From positions 42,315-106,314 of IMG/VR virus record IMGVR_UViG_3300045996_002876: a stretch of DNA of 64,000 nt; one strand, written 5' to 3'. Numbering within the stretch: position 1 is the stretch's first letter; every line of letters starts with the position of its first letter. Positions 19,345-30,547 of the stretch are shown here, one piece after another. The notes below the pieces were generated by a model, which ran no database searches, was not told the DNA's origin, and saw only the letters and a program-made list of their open reading frames with translations. A program made the position numbers and the translations under genes. The DNA comes from a virus.

Positions 19345-19760
19345 CCCTCCCGGTGAAGCTCCTGGACCCGGACGCCTTCCTGCCGACGCGGGCCCACCCC
19401 GAGGACGCCGGCCTCGACCTGTACGCCCGGGCCCCGTTCACGGTCGGCCGGGGCAAGCAGGTCCGGGTCGGGCTGGGGATCGCGGTGGGCATCCCGCCCG
19501 GCCGGGTCGGGCTGATCCGGGACCGGTCCGGCCTGGCCGCCCGCGGCCTGCACGTCCTGGGCGGGGTGGTCGACGCGGGGTACGCCGGGGAGGTGGCCGT
19601 GGTCATCAAGAACCTGTCCCCGGCCGACCACGCGTTCGAGCGGCGGGACCGGGTGGCCCAGCTCCTGGTCGTCCCGGTCGACCTCCCGGAGCCGGTCCCG
19701 GTGGACGAGCTCCCCCTCTCGGCCCGTGGGGACGGCGGCTGGGGGAGTACCGGGGTATGA
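19341..19760 (+). CDS. dut: Trimeric dUTPase
   Basis: AGLDL, RSGLA, GVVDAGYAGE, RVAQL and RGDGGWGSTG. Confidence 0.95.
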   Translation: MTLPVKLLDPDAFLPTRAHPEDAGLDLYARAPFTVGRGKQVRVGLGIAVGIPPGRVGLIRDRSGLAARGLHVLGGVVDAGYAGEVAVVIKNLSPADHAFERRDRVAQLLVVPVDLPEPVPVDELPLSARGDGGWGSTGV

Positions 19761-19984
19761 GCACGAACGACTTCTGCCCGACCTGCTCGGGCCCCTACGT
19801 GGTCCGGTGTAGGTGTCCCCGCGGGGACATGCGGTGTGCCGCCGGCCACGAGTGGCACACCTGCCCCCTGTGCAAGCGGGCGACCCCCGGCGAGTCCGAT
19901 CACGCGTTCGACCTCCGGGCCGCGTACTGCCCCCAGTGTGCGGCCGGGGCGGACGTGGACGCCTTCGGCGGGAGCGACCTGTGA
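19757..19984 (+). CDS. Small Cys-rich protein
   Basis: Several CxxC pairs. Confidence 0.6.
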   Translation: MSTNDFCPTCSGPYVVRCRCPRGDMRCAAGHEWHTCPLCKRATPGESDHAFDLRAAYCPQCAAGADVDAFGGSDL

Positions 19985-20718
19985 GTTACGCCCCTCTCGT
20001 TTTTCAGGAGCCGCCCAAGCCGGAACGTGTCGAGTGGGCACCTTGGGCGATCGACCCCGTCGAGTCTTTTGTTCGGTACGGAACTCGGGTGGATGAGTGC
20101 AAGCCGACATCGCACAAACGCGTAAGCGTGGTGTGCTCCGCCTGCGGAACACGAGACGTTCGAGGGTTCTTGGATGCTCACAGAAAGCACAGGTGTAACG
20201 AACAACGCCCCGGGAAGAAGTGGTGTCCGGGCTGTCGCCAATGGCTACCCGATTGGTTCTACAGCCTGAACAAGAACAGCAAGGACGGGCTGTACTCAGT
20301 CTGTAAGGGGTGTAACGGGAATCGAGAGTGCGCCTGGAACAAAGAGCGACGAAGGAGGGCCAGGCTCCGGTCCGACCTCCCGTACTACTTCCGTAGAAGT
20401 CTCAGGAGTTACAAGGGGCGGGCCTCGAAGAAGGGCATCCCGTTTAACCTCGTCGCCGACGATCTGTTGGCCGTTTACGAGAAACAAAAGGGTCTGTGTT
20501 TCTACACCGGAGTCCCGATGAAGTTCCATTCCGGGGCCCTGAAGGCCGACAGCCTGTCCCTGGACCGGGTAGAGCCGCCCCTCGGGTACGTTTCGTCGAA
20601 TGTAGTCATGTGTCTCCTCGGGGTCAATTCGTTTAAGCGGGACCTCCCTCTGGCTGACTTCAGGGCTCTGGTACGGACTTCCCTGGAGGGACTTCACCGC
20701 TTTGCGGAGCAAGAGTGA
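19981..20718 (+). CDS. HNH-superfamily homing endonuclease with Zn ribbons
   Basis: CPGC...DGL...CKGC; QKGLCFYTG...SLDR.....GY...NV..C...N..K; lower GC. Confidence 0.8.
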   Translation: MSYAPLVFQEPPKPERVEWAPWAIDPVESFVRYGTRVDECKPTSHKRVSVVCSACGTRDVRGFLDAHRKHRCNEQRPGKKWCPGCRQWLPDWFYSLNKNSKDGLYSVCKGCNGNRECAWNKERRRRARLRSDLPYYFRRSLRSYKGRASKKGIPFNLVADDLLAVYEKQKGLCFYTGVPMKFHSGALKADSLSLDRVEPPLGYVSSNVVMCLLGVNSFKRDLPLADFRALVRTSLEGLHRFAEQE

Positions 20719-21227
20719 GCTACCACCGCTTCATAGGGGCGGACCCGGGGAAGAAGGGCGGGCTGTCCGTCCTGAACGCCGGCGGGACGCTCCTGGCGTC
20801 CCGCCCCATGCCCCTGGACGCCGACGAGAACGTGGATTCGGACGCCGTCTGGGTCTGGGCGTCCGAGTGGACCGACGGGGGAGAGCTCTCGACCTTCCTG
20901 ACGGTCGAAAAAACCTGGGCCCGGCCGGGTCAGGGCGTCGTCAGCATGCACACGTTCGGCCTCCAGGCCGGGTACCTGACCGCGGCCCTCGAGGTGTCCC
21001 TCCACCGGAAGGCCCACCTGGTGGCCCCACTGACCTGGATGAGGAGCCTGATGGGCAACGTCGGGGCCGAGGATTCCAAGTCCCTGGCCCGCGAGTTCGC
21101 CCAAAAGACCTGGCCCGCCCACTCCTTCCTGGCCACGAAGCGGTCCCGCAAGCCCCACGAGGGGATGGTCGACGCGGCCCTCATCGCCCTGTACGGGCTC
21201 CGGAACCACCAGGCCCTGGAGAGCTGA
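20715..21227 (+). CDS. RuvC-like Holliday junction resolvase
   Basis: IGADPGKKGG, VEK, QGVVS..TFG, P..W and DAALIA.YG. Confidence 0.85.
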   Translation: MSYHRFIGADPGKKGGLSVLNAGGTLLASRPMPLDADENVDSDAVWVWASEWTDGGELSTFLTVEKTWARPGQGVVSMHTFGLQAGYLTAALEVSLHRKAHLVAPLTWMRSLMGNVGAEDSKSLAREFAQKTWPAHSFLATKRSRKPHEGMVDAALIALYGLRNHQALES

Positions 21228-21231
21228 CCCC

Positions 21232-21954
21232 GTGAGCTACGACCCGCCCGAGAGTGACCCGCCCGCCCCGTCGCCGTCTCAGGACGGCGACGGGGCCCCG
21301 GCCCCCGAGCGGCCCGCGTACGGGGACGAGCGGGACGCCCTGCCCGAGACGGCCGTGTTCCACATGGGCCCCGGCCAGGGCCTTCAAGAAGTTTCCTTGA
21401 CGTCCAAGACGGTCGAGGAGAAGAAGGGGACGGCCTCCAAGACTCACAAGCTCCGCCTGTTCTACCAGGAGCGGGCCGCCGAGATCCTCCAGAAGCGGCT
21501 CGACGGGTGGACGATCCGCCAGCTGGCCGCCCACTTCGAGGTCACCCAGGGGACCATCCACAAGGTCCTGACCAAGGAGTACGGGCGGCTCGAGCGGAAC
21601 ACCCGCGAGACGATGGACCATCTCAAGATGATCCACCGGGAGCGGCTCGAGTTCATGTACAAGGCCCTGGTCCCCCTGATCGCCAAGGGGAACCCGCGGT
21701 CGATCGACATGGCCTGCAAGATCCTCGAGCGGCAGAGCAAGCTGGAGGGGCTGGACGCCCCCGAGAAGAAGCAGGTGGACATCACCGTCGAGTACTCGGA
21801 CGCCGAGCTCGTCCAGCAGGCCGAGCGGCTCGGCCTGGCCGTCCCCGAGGTCCTCCGGGCCCTGGCCCAGGACGGGGACGTGGTGGACGGCGAGATCGTC
21901 CCCCCGGAGGCCCTCCGGGACCGCCCGGCCCAAGCCCCCGAGGCCCCCGAATGA
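21232..21954 (+). CDS. Probable terminase small subunit (HTH)
   Basis: HTH (G.TIRQLA) followed by ILERQSKL.GLDAP.K pattern. Confidence 0.65.
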   Translation: MSYDPPESDPPAPSPSQDGDGAPAPERPAYGDERDALPETAVFHMGPGQGLQEVSLTSKTVEEKKGTASKTHKLRLFYQERAAEILQKRLDGWTIRQLAAHFEVTQGTIHKVLTKEYGRLERNTRETMDHLKMIHRERLEFMYKALVPLIAKGNPRSIDMACKILERQSKLEGLDAPEKKQVDITVEYSDAELVQQAERLGLAVPEVLRALAQDGDVVDGEIVPPEALRDRPAQAPEAPE

Positions 21955-22157
21955 ACATCCGGATAACCCTGCCCGACGACGACCGGTTCCTGGACGAGGT
22001 CACGGCCTCCCTCATGGCGTTCGCGGACCGGGGGCCCGCCGCGGACCCGGCCGGCCAGGCCCCGACCGCCCTCGGGCGGTGTGTGGCCCGGGACCTGGCC
22101 CTCGTCATCCGGCAGAAGCGGAAGGCCCGTGCCCCGGCCGCGGGCTCCGGCGAATGA
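21951..22157 (+). CDS. Hypothetical protein
   Basis: ATGA-coupled ORF. Confidence 0.55.
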   Translation: MNIRITLPDDDRFLDEVTASLMAFADRGPAADPAGQAPTALGRCVARDLALVIRQKRKARAPAAGSGE

Positions 22158-22597
22158 CCGAACGCCCCAGGCCCCCGAAGCCCCGGGCCCGGAAGGGCAA
22201 GCGGAGTCGGGCCCAACAGCGGGACAAGTTCCGGACCCTCGACGGCGGCCAGGGGGACCTGCTCGAGGACGACCTGGTCGTCCTCGACTGGGTCAGCCGG
22301 CACGTCGGGTCGATGGGCTACCCGCCCTCGGTCCGCGAGGTCCAGGCCACGTTCGGGTACGCCAGCACGAAGGCCGCGTACGACGTCCTCCACCGGCTGG
22401 AGGCGTTCGGCTTCCTGGACGTAGACCCCGGGGTGACCCGCGGGATCCGGCTGTCGAACCTGCCCGACGCCCAGGACCAGGGGGCGGCCAGGCTCCGGCT
22501 GTGGCTGGCCGAGGCCGCCGCCCTCCTGAACAAGTACGCGGCCGACGAGCCGGACGCCGAGGCCTGGCTCCGCAAGGCCCAGGCCGCCACCTTCTGA
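22154..22597 (+). CDS. LexA DNA-binding-domain protein (no peptidase domain)
   Basis: GYPPSVREV...FG..S.......L.RLE..GFL...PG..RGIRL. Confidence 0.8.
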   Translation: MTERPRPPKPRARKGKRSRAQQRDKFRTLDGGQGDLLEDDLVVLDWVSRHVGSMGYPPSVREVQATFGYASTKAAYDVLHRLEAFGFLDVDPGVTRGIRLSNLPDAQDQGAARLRLWLAEAAALLNKYAADEPDAEAWLRKAQAATF

Positions 22598-22611
22598 CCG
22601 AAAGGGTTTTT

Positions 22612-24064
22612 GTGGTCGAATTGAGTGCGCTCGGAATCGTCGTCGGGGGAGGGGTCCTCCTGGGCTACCTGGTCGTGTCCTGGCTCGACTGGGCGGACTG
22701 TGCCCGCGACAGGGACCTGTACCTGGCGGAACACCGCAAGGCCGACCAGGAGGTCCGGGACCTCCGGGCCGCGAAGAAGGCCCTCGAGAAGAAACTGGAA
22801 CACGTTCAGGAAATCAACGAACTCGGGCGGGACATCGAGGCGGAGCTCCAGAAGGCCCTGCAGGAGGCCGAGGCCAAGGCCGACCTCCACCGGGGCCAGG
22901 CCCGCCAGAACTCGGACTCCTGGATGGCGGCCGTCGCCCGCCTGGCCCGGATCCAGAAGATCGCCGGGGAGGAAGCGTAATGTGCGTCGTCTCGATGGTG
23001 GCCGACCACTACTGGGACAAGTGGAAGCACCTCCAGCCCCAGGAGGCGTCCCCCACAGTCGTCCCGGTCCCGTGGCCGGCCCCCGTCCCGAACCCGCCGG
23101 CCATCTCCCCGGAGGAGGTCGAGGAGTTCCGCAAGCTCCTCGAGCGGGCCCGCGAATACGACCGGAAGAACTCCGAGCCGGACTGCGAGACCGCCGAGAA
23201 GAAGGCCCGGATCAAGAAGCTCGCCGACGACCTCGGCGTCCCGATCGACTTCCTGTGAGCCCCATGAAGAACCTGCTCCCCGGCGTGCTCCTGCTGGCCG
23301 CCTTCTCCGCCGCTCAGGCGGCGGAGAAGGCCCCGCCCCCCGCCCTCCTGACCGGCCGCCCGACGGCCCTGGCCTCGACCGACGCCCAGGGGAACACCCG
23401 CGTCCGGGGCGAGACCTTCCGCCTCCTCGTCCCCCAGAAGGACGGGACCCCGAGGACCGTCCCCCTGGACCTCCAGGAGAACCCCGAGCTCGGCCTGATG
23501 CTCCTCCGCCTGGGCCACCGGGAGATCACCCTGGAGGGCACCCTGGTCACCAAGGCCTGGCCCCTGGTCTGGCCGGTCCCCTGGGGCGGCGGGCTCAAGG
23601 CGGTCATCCCGACCGACGGCGTCGAGGTCCTCCGGGTGAGCGAGGTCCGGGTGAACTTCGACAAGGCCCCGGTCGTGAAGCCCGCCCCCGAGGACGACTG
23701 AGATGACCCTCCGCGGACAAGAGCTCGAAGAGGCGATCCACCTGGCGGACCACCTCCGCGAGGCCCACAACGGGATCGGCGGCGTGTACCTGTACCTCGG
23801 GCACGACGGGGACAACTCCTGTCGGCTCAAGGACGGGGACGCCGACGAGGTCGGGTACGGGTGTTCGGGGCGGGGCCTGAAGGAGGCCGTCCTCCGGGCC
23901 CGGGCCGATTGGGAAGCCCGGTCCGCCGACGGCCGGGACCCCCGCACGCCCCTCCCGGCGGGCGACCGATGACCTATGACGACTTCCTCTTAACTGCCGC
24001 CCTGGCCCTGGTCGTCGCCCTGTTCGGGGCCGCCTGGGCGAGCGGCTTCTCGGACCGCCCATGA
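22612..24064 (+). CDS. Five hypothetical genes: 22612-22980 (TM + coiled coil), 22980-23258, 23264-23701 (signal peptide), 23703-23972, 23969-24064 (TM)
   Basis: Tightly packed ORFs with plausible starts. Confidence 0.6.
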
Positions 24065-25614
24065 CCTACGACCCGACGTACCTGGCCCGCCAGGAGGCCG
24101 CCCGCCAGCTCCAGGAGCGGGTGGCCCTCCAGTACCGGCTGGCCGAGCGGATCAGCTCGGCCTCGTACATCGAGTACCTCAAGCACGTGGTCATCGACTC
24201 GGCCCCGGAGCCCCGGAAGTTCGTCGAGAAGGCGGAGGACTGGCAGTGGGACCAGGCCTACACGGTGGCCGGGCCCCTGGAGGTGGTGTGCGGGGTCAAG
24301 AAGAAGTACGACGGCCCGCGGATGCTCTGGCGGACCCTCCCCCGGGGCCACGACAAGACGTCGTCCACCGGCCGGGCCCTGAACTGGTGCCTGGCCTTCA
24401 CCAAGCGGTACTTCTCGGCCGTGGTGGCGGCCGCCGACCGCGAGCAGGCCGGGTACCTGACCGAGTTCATGCGGCAGGAGGCCGACCTCAACCCCTGGTT
24501 CAAGAACCGCCTCCAGTTCAAGACCAACACCGTCGTCGGGTACAACGGGGCGAACCTCAAGGTCCTGGCGGCCGACGCGTTCGGGACGTTCGGGCAGAAG
24601 CCGGACATCACCATCTGCGACGAGCTGAGCCACTGGCAGAGTGAGGGCCTGTGGGAGGCCCTGTACACCGGCCTGGGGAAGCGGGCCGGGCGGGGGGTCC
24701 TGCTCATCCTGTCGAACGCCGGGGTGATCGGGTCGTGGCAGTGGAAGGTCCGGGAGGAGGCCCGGCGGAGCTACGAGATGTTCCGGCGGACCGGGCGGCC
24801 GGGCCTCTGGCACTTCTTCGAGGCCCCCGGCCCGATGGCCTCGTGGATGAAGGGGACGGAGCTGTTCCGGGAGCAGGAGCGGACCCTCCCCCCGAACGTG
24901 TTCAAGCGGCTGTTCTTGAATAAGTGGCTCGACCCGGCCGACGACTGCGGGTTCGTCACCCGCGGGGAGGCCCAGGCCTGCGCCGACAAGGGCCGGGAGC
25001 TGGGCCTGGCCATGCGGGACAAGGGGGAACCGGACGTCGAGTACGTGGCCTCCATCGACTACGGGCCCAAGAAGGACCGGACGGTCTGCACGGTCGGCCA
25101 CCGGGAGGGGGAGACCCTGCCGATCGACCGGATGGAGGTCTGGCAGGGCAAGGACTTCCCGGACGGCCGCGTGCCGGTGGCGAAGGTCGAGGAGTGGATC
25201 GAGACCACGGCCAAGAACTTCCCTAAGGTCACCTTCCTGTGCGACCCCTACCAGCTCGAGGGGACCATCCAGCGGTACTCGTCCGTCTACCCGATGGAGC
25301 GGTTCGAGCCCCGCGGCGGCAAGGCCAACTACGAAATGGCCCAGATCCTCCGCCTCCTCCTGTGCGAGCGGCGGATCTTCTGGTACCCGGGGTGTGGGTC
25401 GGTCCTGGTCAAGCACCCCGGGGGGGCCTTGCAGGAGCACACCCTGGTGGACGAGCTGGCCGAGCTGATCACCAAGCAGATGAGTTACGGGTACCGCCTG
25501 GACCACATGAGCAACAAGCACGACGACCGCGCGGTCGGGATTGGCATGCTGGCCTGGCGCCTGATCGGGTCGGAACGCCGCCGCCAGTTCCGCTTCTCGG
25601 AGCACTACCTGTGA
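24061..25614 (+). CDS. terL: Terminase large subunit
   Basis: Walker A PRGHDKT, Walker B ICDELSHW, SNAG; nuclease IDYG..KD, DPYQ and HDD. Confidence 0.9.
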   Translation: MTYDPTYLARQEAARQLQERVALQYRLAERISSASYIEYLKHVVIDSAPEPRKFVEKAEDWQWDQAYTVAGPLEVVCGVKKKYDGPRMLWRTLPRGHDKTSSTGRALNWCLAFTKRYFSAVVAAADREQAGYLTEFMRQEADLNPWFKNRLQFKTNTVVGYNGANLKVLAADAFGTFGQKPDITICDELSHWQSEGLWEALYTGLGKRAGRGVLLILSNAGVIGSWQWKVREEARRSYEMFRRTGRPGLWHFFEAPGPMASWMKGTELFREQERTLPPNVFKRLFLNKWLDPADDCGFVTRGEAQACADKGRELGLAMRDKGEPDVEYVASIDYGPKKDRTVCTVGHREGETLPIDRMEVWQGKDFPDGRVPVAKVEEWIETTAKNFPKVTFLCDPYQLEGTIQRYSSVYPMERFEPRGGKANYEMAQILRLLLCERRIFWYPGCGSVLVKHPGGALQEHTLVDELAELITKQMSYGYRLDHMSNKHDDRAVGIGMLAWRLIGSERRRQFRFSEHYL

Positions 25615-25634
25615 CCCCCCGCCCCGAGCCCCGC

Positions 25635-26767
25635 ATGGACGGCAAGTCCCTCGCCCGCGCCCGCCGCCAGTGCCTCCTCGCCCTCCGCCGGGCCGACCGG
25701 GCCGGGGTCGAGGGGCTGACCCTGACCGACCTGTTCGGGTACCTGTCCACCCGGAAGGCCTTCCGGGACTTCCGGGCCTGGTCCTTCCGCGAGATCCTCG
25801 GCGTCCTCCGGGACAGCCGGGCCCCGGGCCCGGACCTGGCCGAGGACGTGATCGGGGCCCTCGAGTGGCTGGCCTCGGACGGCCTCTTGGTCATCGGGGA
25901 GGGGGACGGGGAGACGGTCCTGTTGTTAACCGAGCGGGGCCGCGACCCCGGGGAGAAGTGATGGCCCACCCCGGCTACGCGTGCAAGGCCTGTGCGAAGA
26001 CGTACCACTGGTGCTGCTCGTGCGGGGACCCGACGGCCGACCCGGACTTCCACGCCCTGGCCGCCGGGTACTGCTCTCCCGCCTGCCTGGAGGCCGGCGG
26101 GGGCCCGCCGTTCGTGCCGGAGTCCGCCGACGAGGAGGGGACATGACCACCTACCGCGACACCCCCGTCTGCCCGACGTGCGGGCGGGTGGCCGACGAGG
26201 ACTGGGACGTCCACATCGACATGGACTACTACTGGCGGGGCTGGTCGACCGGGGACACGGCCTTCGTCCTGTGCCGGGGGTGCGACACCGGGTACGAGGT
26301 GGAGTGCCTGGCGGTCCCGACCTTCCGGAGCTACCCGATTCCCGAAAGGGGGAAGTGACATGAGCGTGCTACTTGGGTCGGCTCACTGGGACTGGACCAA
26401 GCGGCCGACCGGGGTGTGGGACCGCCGGGCCCCGGGCCTGGCCCACCCGCGGGCCGTCTTCCCGCCGGTCCAGTGCATGGTGGTCAACGCCGTCGGCGGG
26501 CGGGTCGAGGACGTGGTGGCCGTCGACTTCGACGCCGACCGGGTGTGCGTCCTGTCCCACCGGTACGAGGACGGGAAGAAGGTGTTCACCTGCGACCCGG
26601 TCACCCGCCGGCCGGTCGAGGAGTGGGTCCACGTCCCGGGGGTGACCGTCCGCCCCCTCCCGGCCGAGCTCCTGCTCGAGCAGGAGCGGAAGGCCCTGGC
26701 CAGGAAGGGGTACAAGCGGGAGGCCGACGGGACGATCTCGACCGGGCACCCGACGGCCGACGCCTAG
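25635..26767 (+). CDS. Four hypothetical genes (25635-25961, 25961-26146, 26143-26358, 26360-26767); two are Cys-rich
   Basis: Coupled ORFs up to the terminator. Confidence 0.6.
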
Positions 26768-26794
26768 GGACCGGACACCCGACCGCCGAAAAAC

Positions 26795-26832
26795 AAAAAG
26801 ACGGCGAGCCTTGAGGGCTCGCCGTCTTTTTT
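26795..26832. terminator. Bidirectional intrinsic terminator at the convergent strand switch
   Basis: AAAAA-gacggcgagcc-loop-ggctcgccgtc-TTTTTT. Confidence 0.9.
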
Positions 26833-26880
26833 ATTGGGAAGGCCGGTCCGGCCGTCATCCAGAAGGGGCGAACGGAAAGG

Positions 26881-29800
26881 TCACGAGGCCACCTCGATCT
26901 CGTCCTCGAAGTACCAGGCCACCTTCGTCGGGGCCGGGCGGAAGGCCGGCCCGTTCCCGAACCACACCATGTACGGGGGCTGGAGCCAGTCGAACTCGGC
27001 CCGCCCCTTGACGACCCCGACCGCCCCGGTCTGTTTGTCCCGGACCCGGTCGTTGAGATTGAACGCGAACACGGTCAGTTCCTGTCGGGGGTCTCGATCT
27101 ACTCCGGATTCCCGGCCCGCCCCGGCGAGCCAGGCCGGTCAAACTTACGCACGTCAGGTCCCCGCGGGGTAGTACTGGTCGGCCCGGATCGGGACGACCC
27201 GGACGTTCGACGGGCTGGACTCACAGTGCCAGTCCTTCCGGGCCCGCTCGGCCACCTGCTCGGCGATCGGCCGGGTGGTGCAGACGGCCAGGACCGCGTC
27301 GTCCGGTAAAGAGGCCCCCCGGACCAGGTACAAGTGCTCCGTATCCATTATCCCCTCGCCTCCACTTCCACCGGGCTCCCGGCGGCCCACACCTCGGTCC
27401 TGGCCTCGCGGACGGTGAACGTCCGGTCGCCCACGGTCACCTCCCGCTCGGCCATGTTCCGGACGGACACTCCGGCCGCCCCCAGGTTCCGGACCACCTT
27501 GTACCGGCGGCCGGCGTACCAGAAGCCCCGGCCCTTCGGGAGGTCGCCGAGGCGGACGGTCTTCCTCATGCGACTTCAACCAGGCCGGCGCCGTCGATCT
27601 CGTCCAGGAGTTCGTCATTCTCCTCCCCGGGCTCGTCGTGGTCCAAGATCGAACAGTCGGCCGGGACCGAACAGAAGACGGCGGTCACACACCCGCCCTC
27701 GCAGACCACGATGATTCGCGGCTTCACGGGCCCCTCCTCCCGGCCTTCCGTCGCCGCCGGGCGATGGCCCGGACGGCCCCCAGGAGGGTCCGGAAGTACA
27801 GCCCGCGGGAGTCCGTGAGGGTCATCCCGCCGGGGCTGACCGGGATGTACGGGTAGGCGAACCCCTTCCAGTATCGGACCCGCCAGCCCGACGCGGGGTG
27901 GTGGTAGGTGATCCGGCCGTCGGGGTCCGGCCCGGCCTCCACCCAGCCGGCCGGAAGTCTGGTTTTGGCTCTCATGTCACCTCCGCCGGGGTCACTTTGG
28001 CCAGGGCTTGCTCCAGCCGCCACACGGCGACCCGTTCGAGCAGGTCTTCGGGCTTACTCCTGACCGGCCAGGTGAACCCGCACGGGCACTCCCCGGTCCC
28101 GGCGTACCGGCCGGCCTCGTCCGGGGCCCAGACGGTGGTGGCCGGGGCCTCGCAGGCGGGACAGGCGGTCACGCGGACCTCCAGGGGGCGTCCCCAAGAA
28201 AGTCCGTTACCAGGGCCTCCAGCCGGCCCAGGCGGCGGGCGCAGGTGGTCAGGTTCAACCAGACGACTTCGCGGACCGGGGGCGAGGCCCCGTCGCAGAC
28301 CACCTGGCTGAAGGCGTAATTCGCGTCCACGAACCGGTAGGTCGCGTCCATGACCTCCCGGAGGAGGCCGCGGGCGTACTCCAGCTTACACTCGGGACAC
28401 AGGTCCTTGACCTGCCGGTGGACGCAGTCCCCGGAGTGTCTCTCGCCGCCGGCGCTCATGGGGTCTCCCTGGTTATCCGGACCCGGAACACGACGGTCAC
28501 CTCGACCTCCCGGTCGACCCACCCGATGTCGTCGTACCGGGGCGCCCGCGGGGGCAGGAGGGACAAGCCGTCGTACCGGGTCTCCCGGTACAGGAACGGG
28601 TCCCGGTCGGTCACGTTCCACCGCTCGAGGGCCTCGCGGACGGCCTGGGCCTCGGGGACGGGCTCGGGCCGGGGCGGCGGGGGCAAGGGGGGCATCAGGA
28701 GCCCTCCCGCGGGCGGATCTTCGGGGAAAAGACCACGTCGGCCTGGCACACGGGACAGGGCGCGTGCCCGAACGCCAGGTGGTCCCGCGGGTCGTGCTCG
28801 ACCCGGAGCTCGGCCCGGGTCGCTTCCAGCTCGGACTTACAGGAGTGACAGTCGCCCAACCAGCGGGCGTCGGCCGGGGGCGTACCCCGCTTGAGGATCT
28901 TCAACTCTCGTCCTCCCGGATGGCCTGGTCGGCGGCCCGGTGGACGTCCCGGGCCAGGAGGTCGACCCCGGCCGTCGGGGCGGCCATCCGGCGGACCCGA
29001 CACAGGGCGTCAAAAAGGGCCTCGGCCCGCTCCCGCTCGACGGCCAGCTCCCGCTCCAGCCACCCGTCCCGGGGGACGACCGGCGGGGGGCCGTCGGGGG
29101 GCCGGGGGGCCTCCGCGACCCCGCGGGCGGCCAGTTCGAACCCGCTGTCTCCGGTCATGCCTTCCTCCTCGGTGGGCGGTCAGTCACCGGGGCGGGTCTT
29201 CCCGCCCCTCAGTAGTAGGAGCCGCAGGACGGCCCGCCGGGGGTACCGGCGGCCGCCGTCCAGGACCAGGGTCCCGTTGGGCGTCCGGGTGACGAACCGG
29301 CCGTCGGCCGACGACCCGTCCCGGAACACGACCCGGACCATTTTCCCGGGGTAGGTGGCGGTGTGCTTACCCATCACCATCACCGGGCGGCCCGCCGGGG
29401 CCCCAATCGTACTCGCCGGTCCGGTCGGCCTCCCGCTCGAACCGGTCCTGCTCGTCCTGGTGGCGGTTGCACAGGGGCTCCTCCCGCCCCCGGTGGTCGA
29501 AGGTGGCCAGGCTGTCACACCGGGCGCACAGGCCGGCGGCCGACCGGGCCCGGATATACTCGGGGCCGTGGAGGGCCTCCCAGACGGCCGGCCCGAGGCC
29601 GGCCAGGGCCTTCCGGTACAGGAGCCCGACCTCGTTGGCCAGGATTACGTCCGGGGCGTTGAGCCGGAGGAGACGGGCCAGCCGGTCAACAGAGGCCAGG
29701 AGGCGGGCCCGGAGCTCGGGGGTCAGAGTCGGTTTGAACTCACTCATGCTCAGTCCCACCCGTATTTGTCGGACACCAGGCTCATGATCTCGTCCAGGGT

Positions 29801-30544
29801 CCGGGCCCCGAGGACCTCCCACGGGGCCCCGTACGTCCACACCTCGCACAGGAACACGTCGGTCAGGGGGTCGTGCCAGACGGACCCGCAGAAGTCCCAC
29901 CCGCTGTACTGGCCGAACCCGTCCGGGTTGGCCCGGAGGAGGGCCTCGGCCCCGTCCTCGACCCGGTGGTCGAAGTTCGACATGACCTCGCCCAGGCGGC
30001 GGGGCGGGCGGATGGAGCTACTCATCGTCCTCGCCCGCCGGCAGGGCCTCCGCCTCGAACCCCCCGCGGTCGTGGACGGCGAGCTGGTTGTTGTCCTTCC
30101 AGAAGATCAGGTACCCGACTTCGGAGTCCGGGTCCCCGTCCTCTACCGCCGTCTCGTCCAGGACGTCCCGGGCCGTGTACTCGTGCCCGTTCCCGTCCAT
30201 GCCCAGCCAGTGGACCTTTCGCGAGGGCCAGTGGACGATCACGGCCCCGTACGCCATCTCGGAGTCGGGGAGCATTATTCGTCCTCCGCGAACGGGAGTT
30301 CGCCGGCTTCCAGGGCGACCTTCAGGACCCGAAGGATGTAGGCCTCCTCCCCCTCGCCCTCGAGCAGAGGGAAGGTCTTCCAGGCCTCCAGGTCCCGGAC
30401 GTCGAACGTGCTCGCCCGCTCGGTCACGTCGGTCGTGAACGAGTACCGGAGGGGGCGGGAGTACAGGTCGTCCTTGTACGCCCGGTACACGGACACCCCG
30501 TTGGCCCGCAGGACCTCGTCCGGCTCGACCCAGTCCATCGGCAT
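26881..30544 (-). CDS. Run of about 15 small hypothetical genes (26881-27072, 27154-27348, 27348-27569, 27566-27727, 27724-27975, 27972-28172, 28169-28459, 28456-28695, 28695-28904, 28901-29158, 29180-29374, 29367-29747, 29750-29983, 30018-30275, 30275-30544)
   Basis: Serial 1- and 4-nt start/stop overlaps and GGAG SD sequences. Confidence 0.6.
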
Positions 30545-30547
30545 GGC

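Noticed and set aside
10820-25614. Introns or inteins in PolA or terminase
   Set aside because: Both ORFs are continuous and of normal length with no intein terminal motifs; the endonucleases are intergenic.
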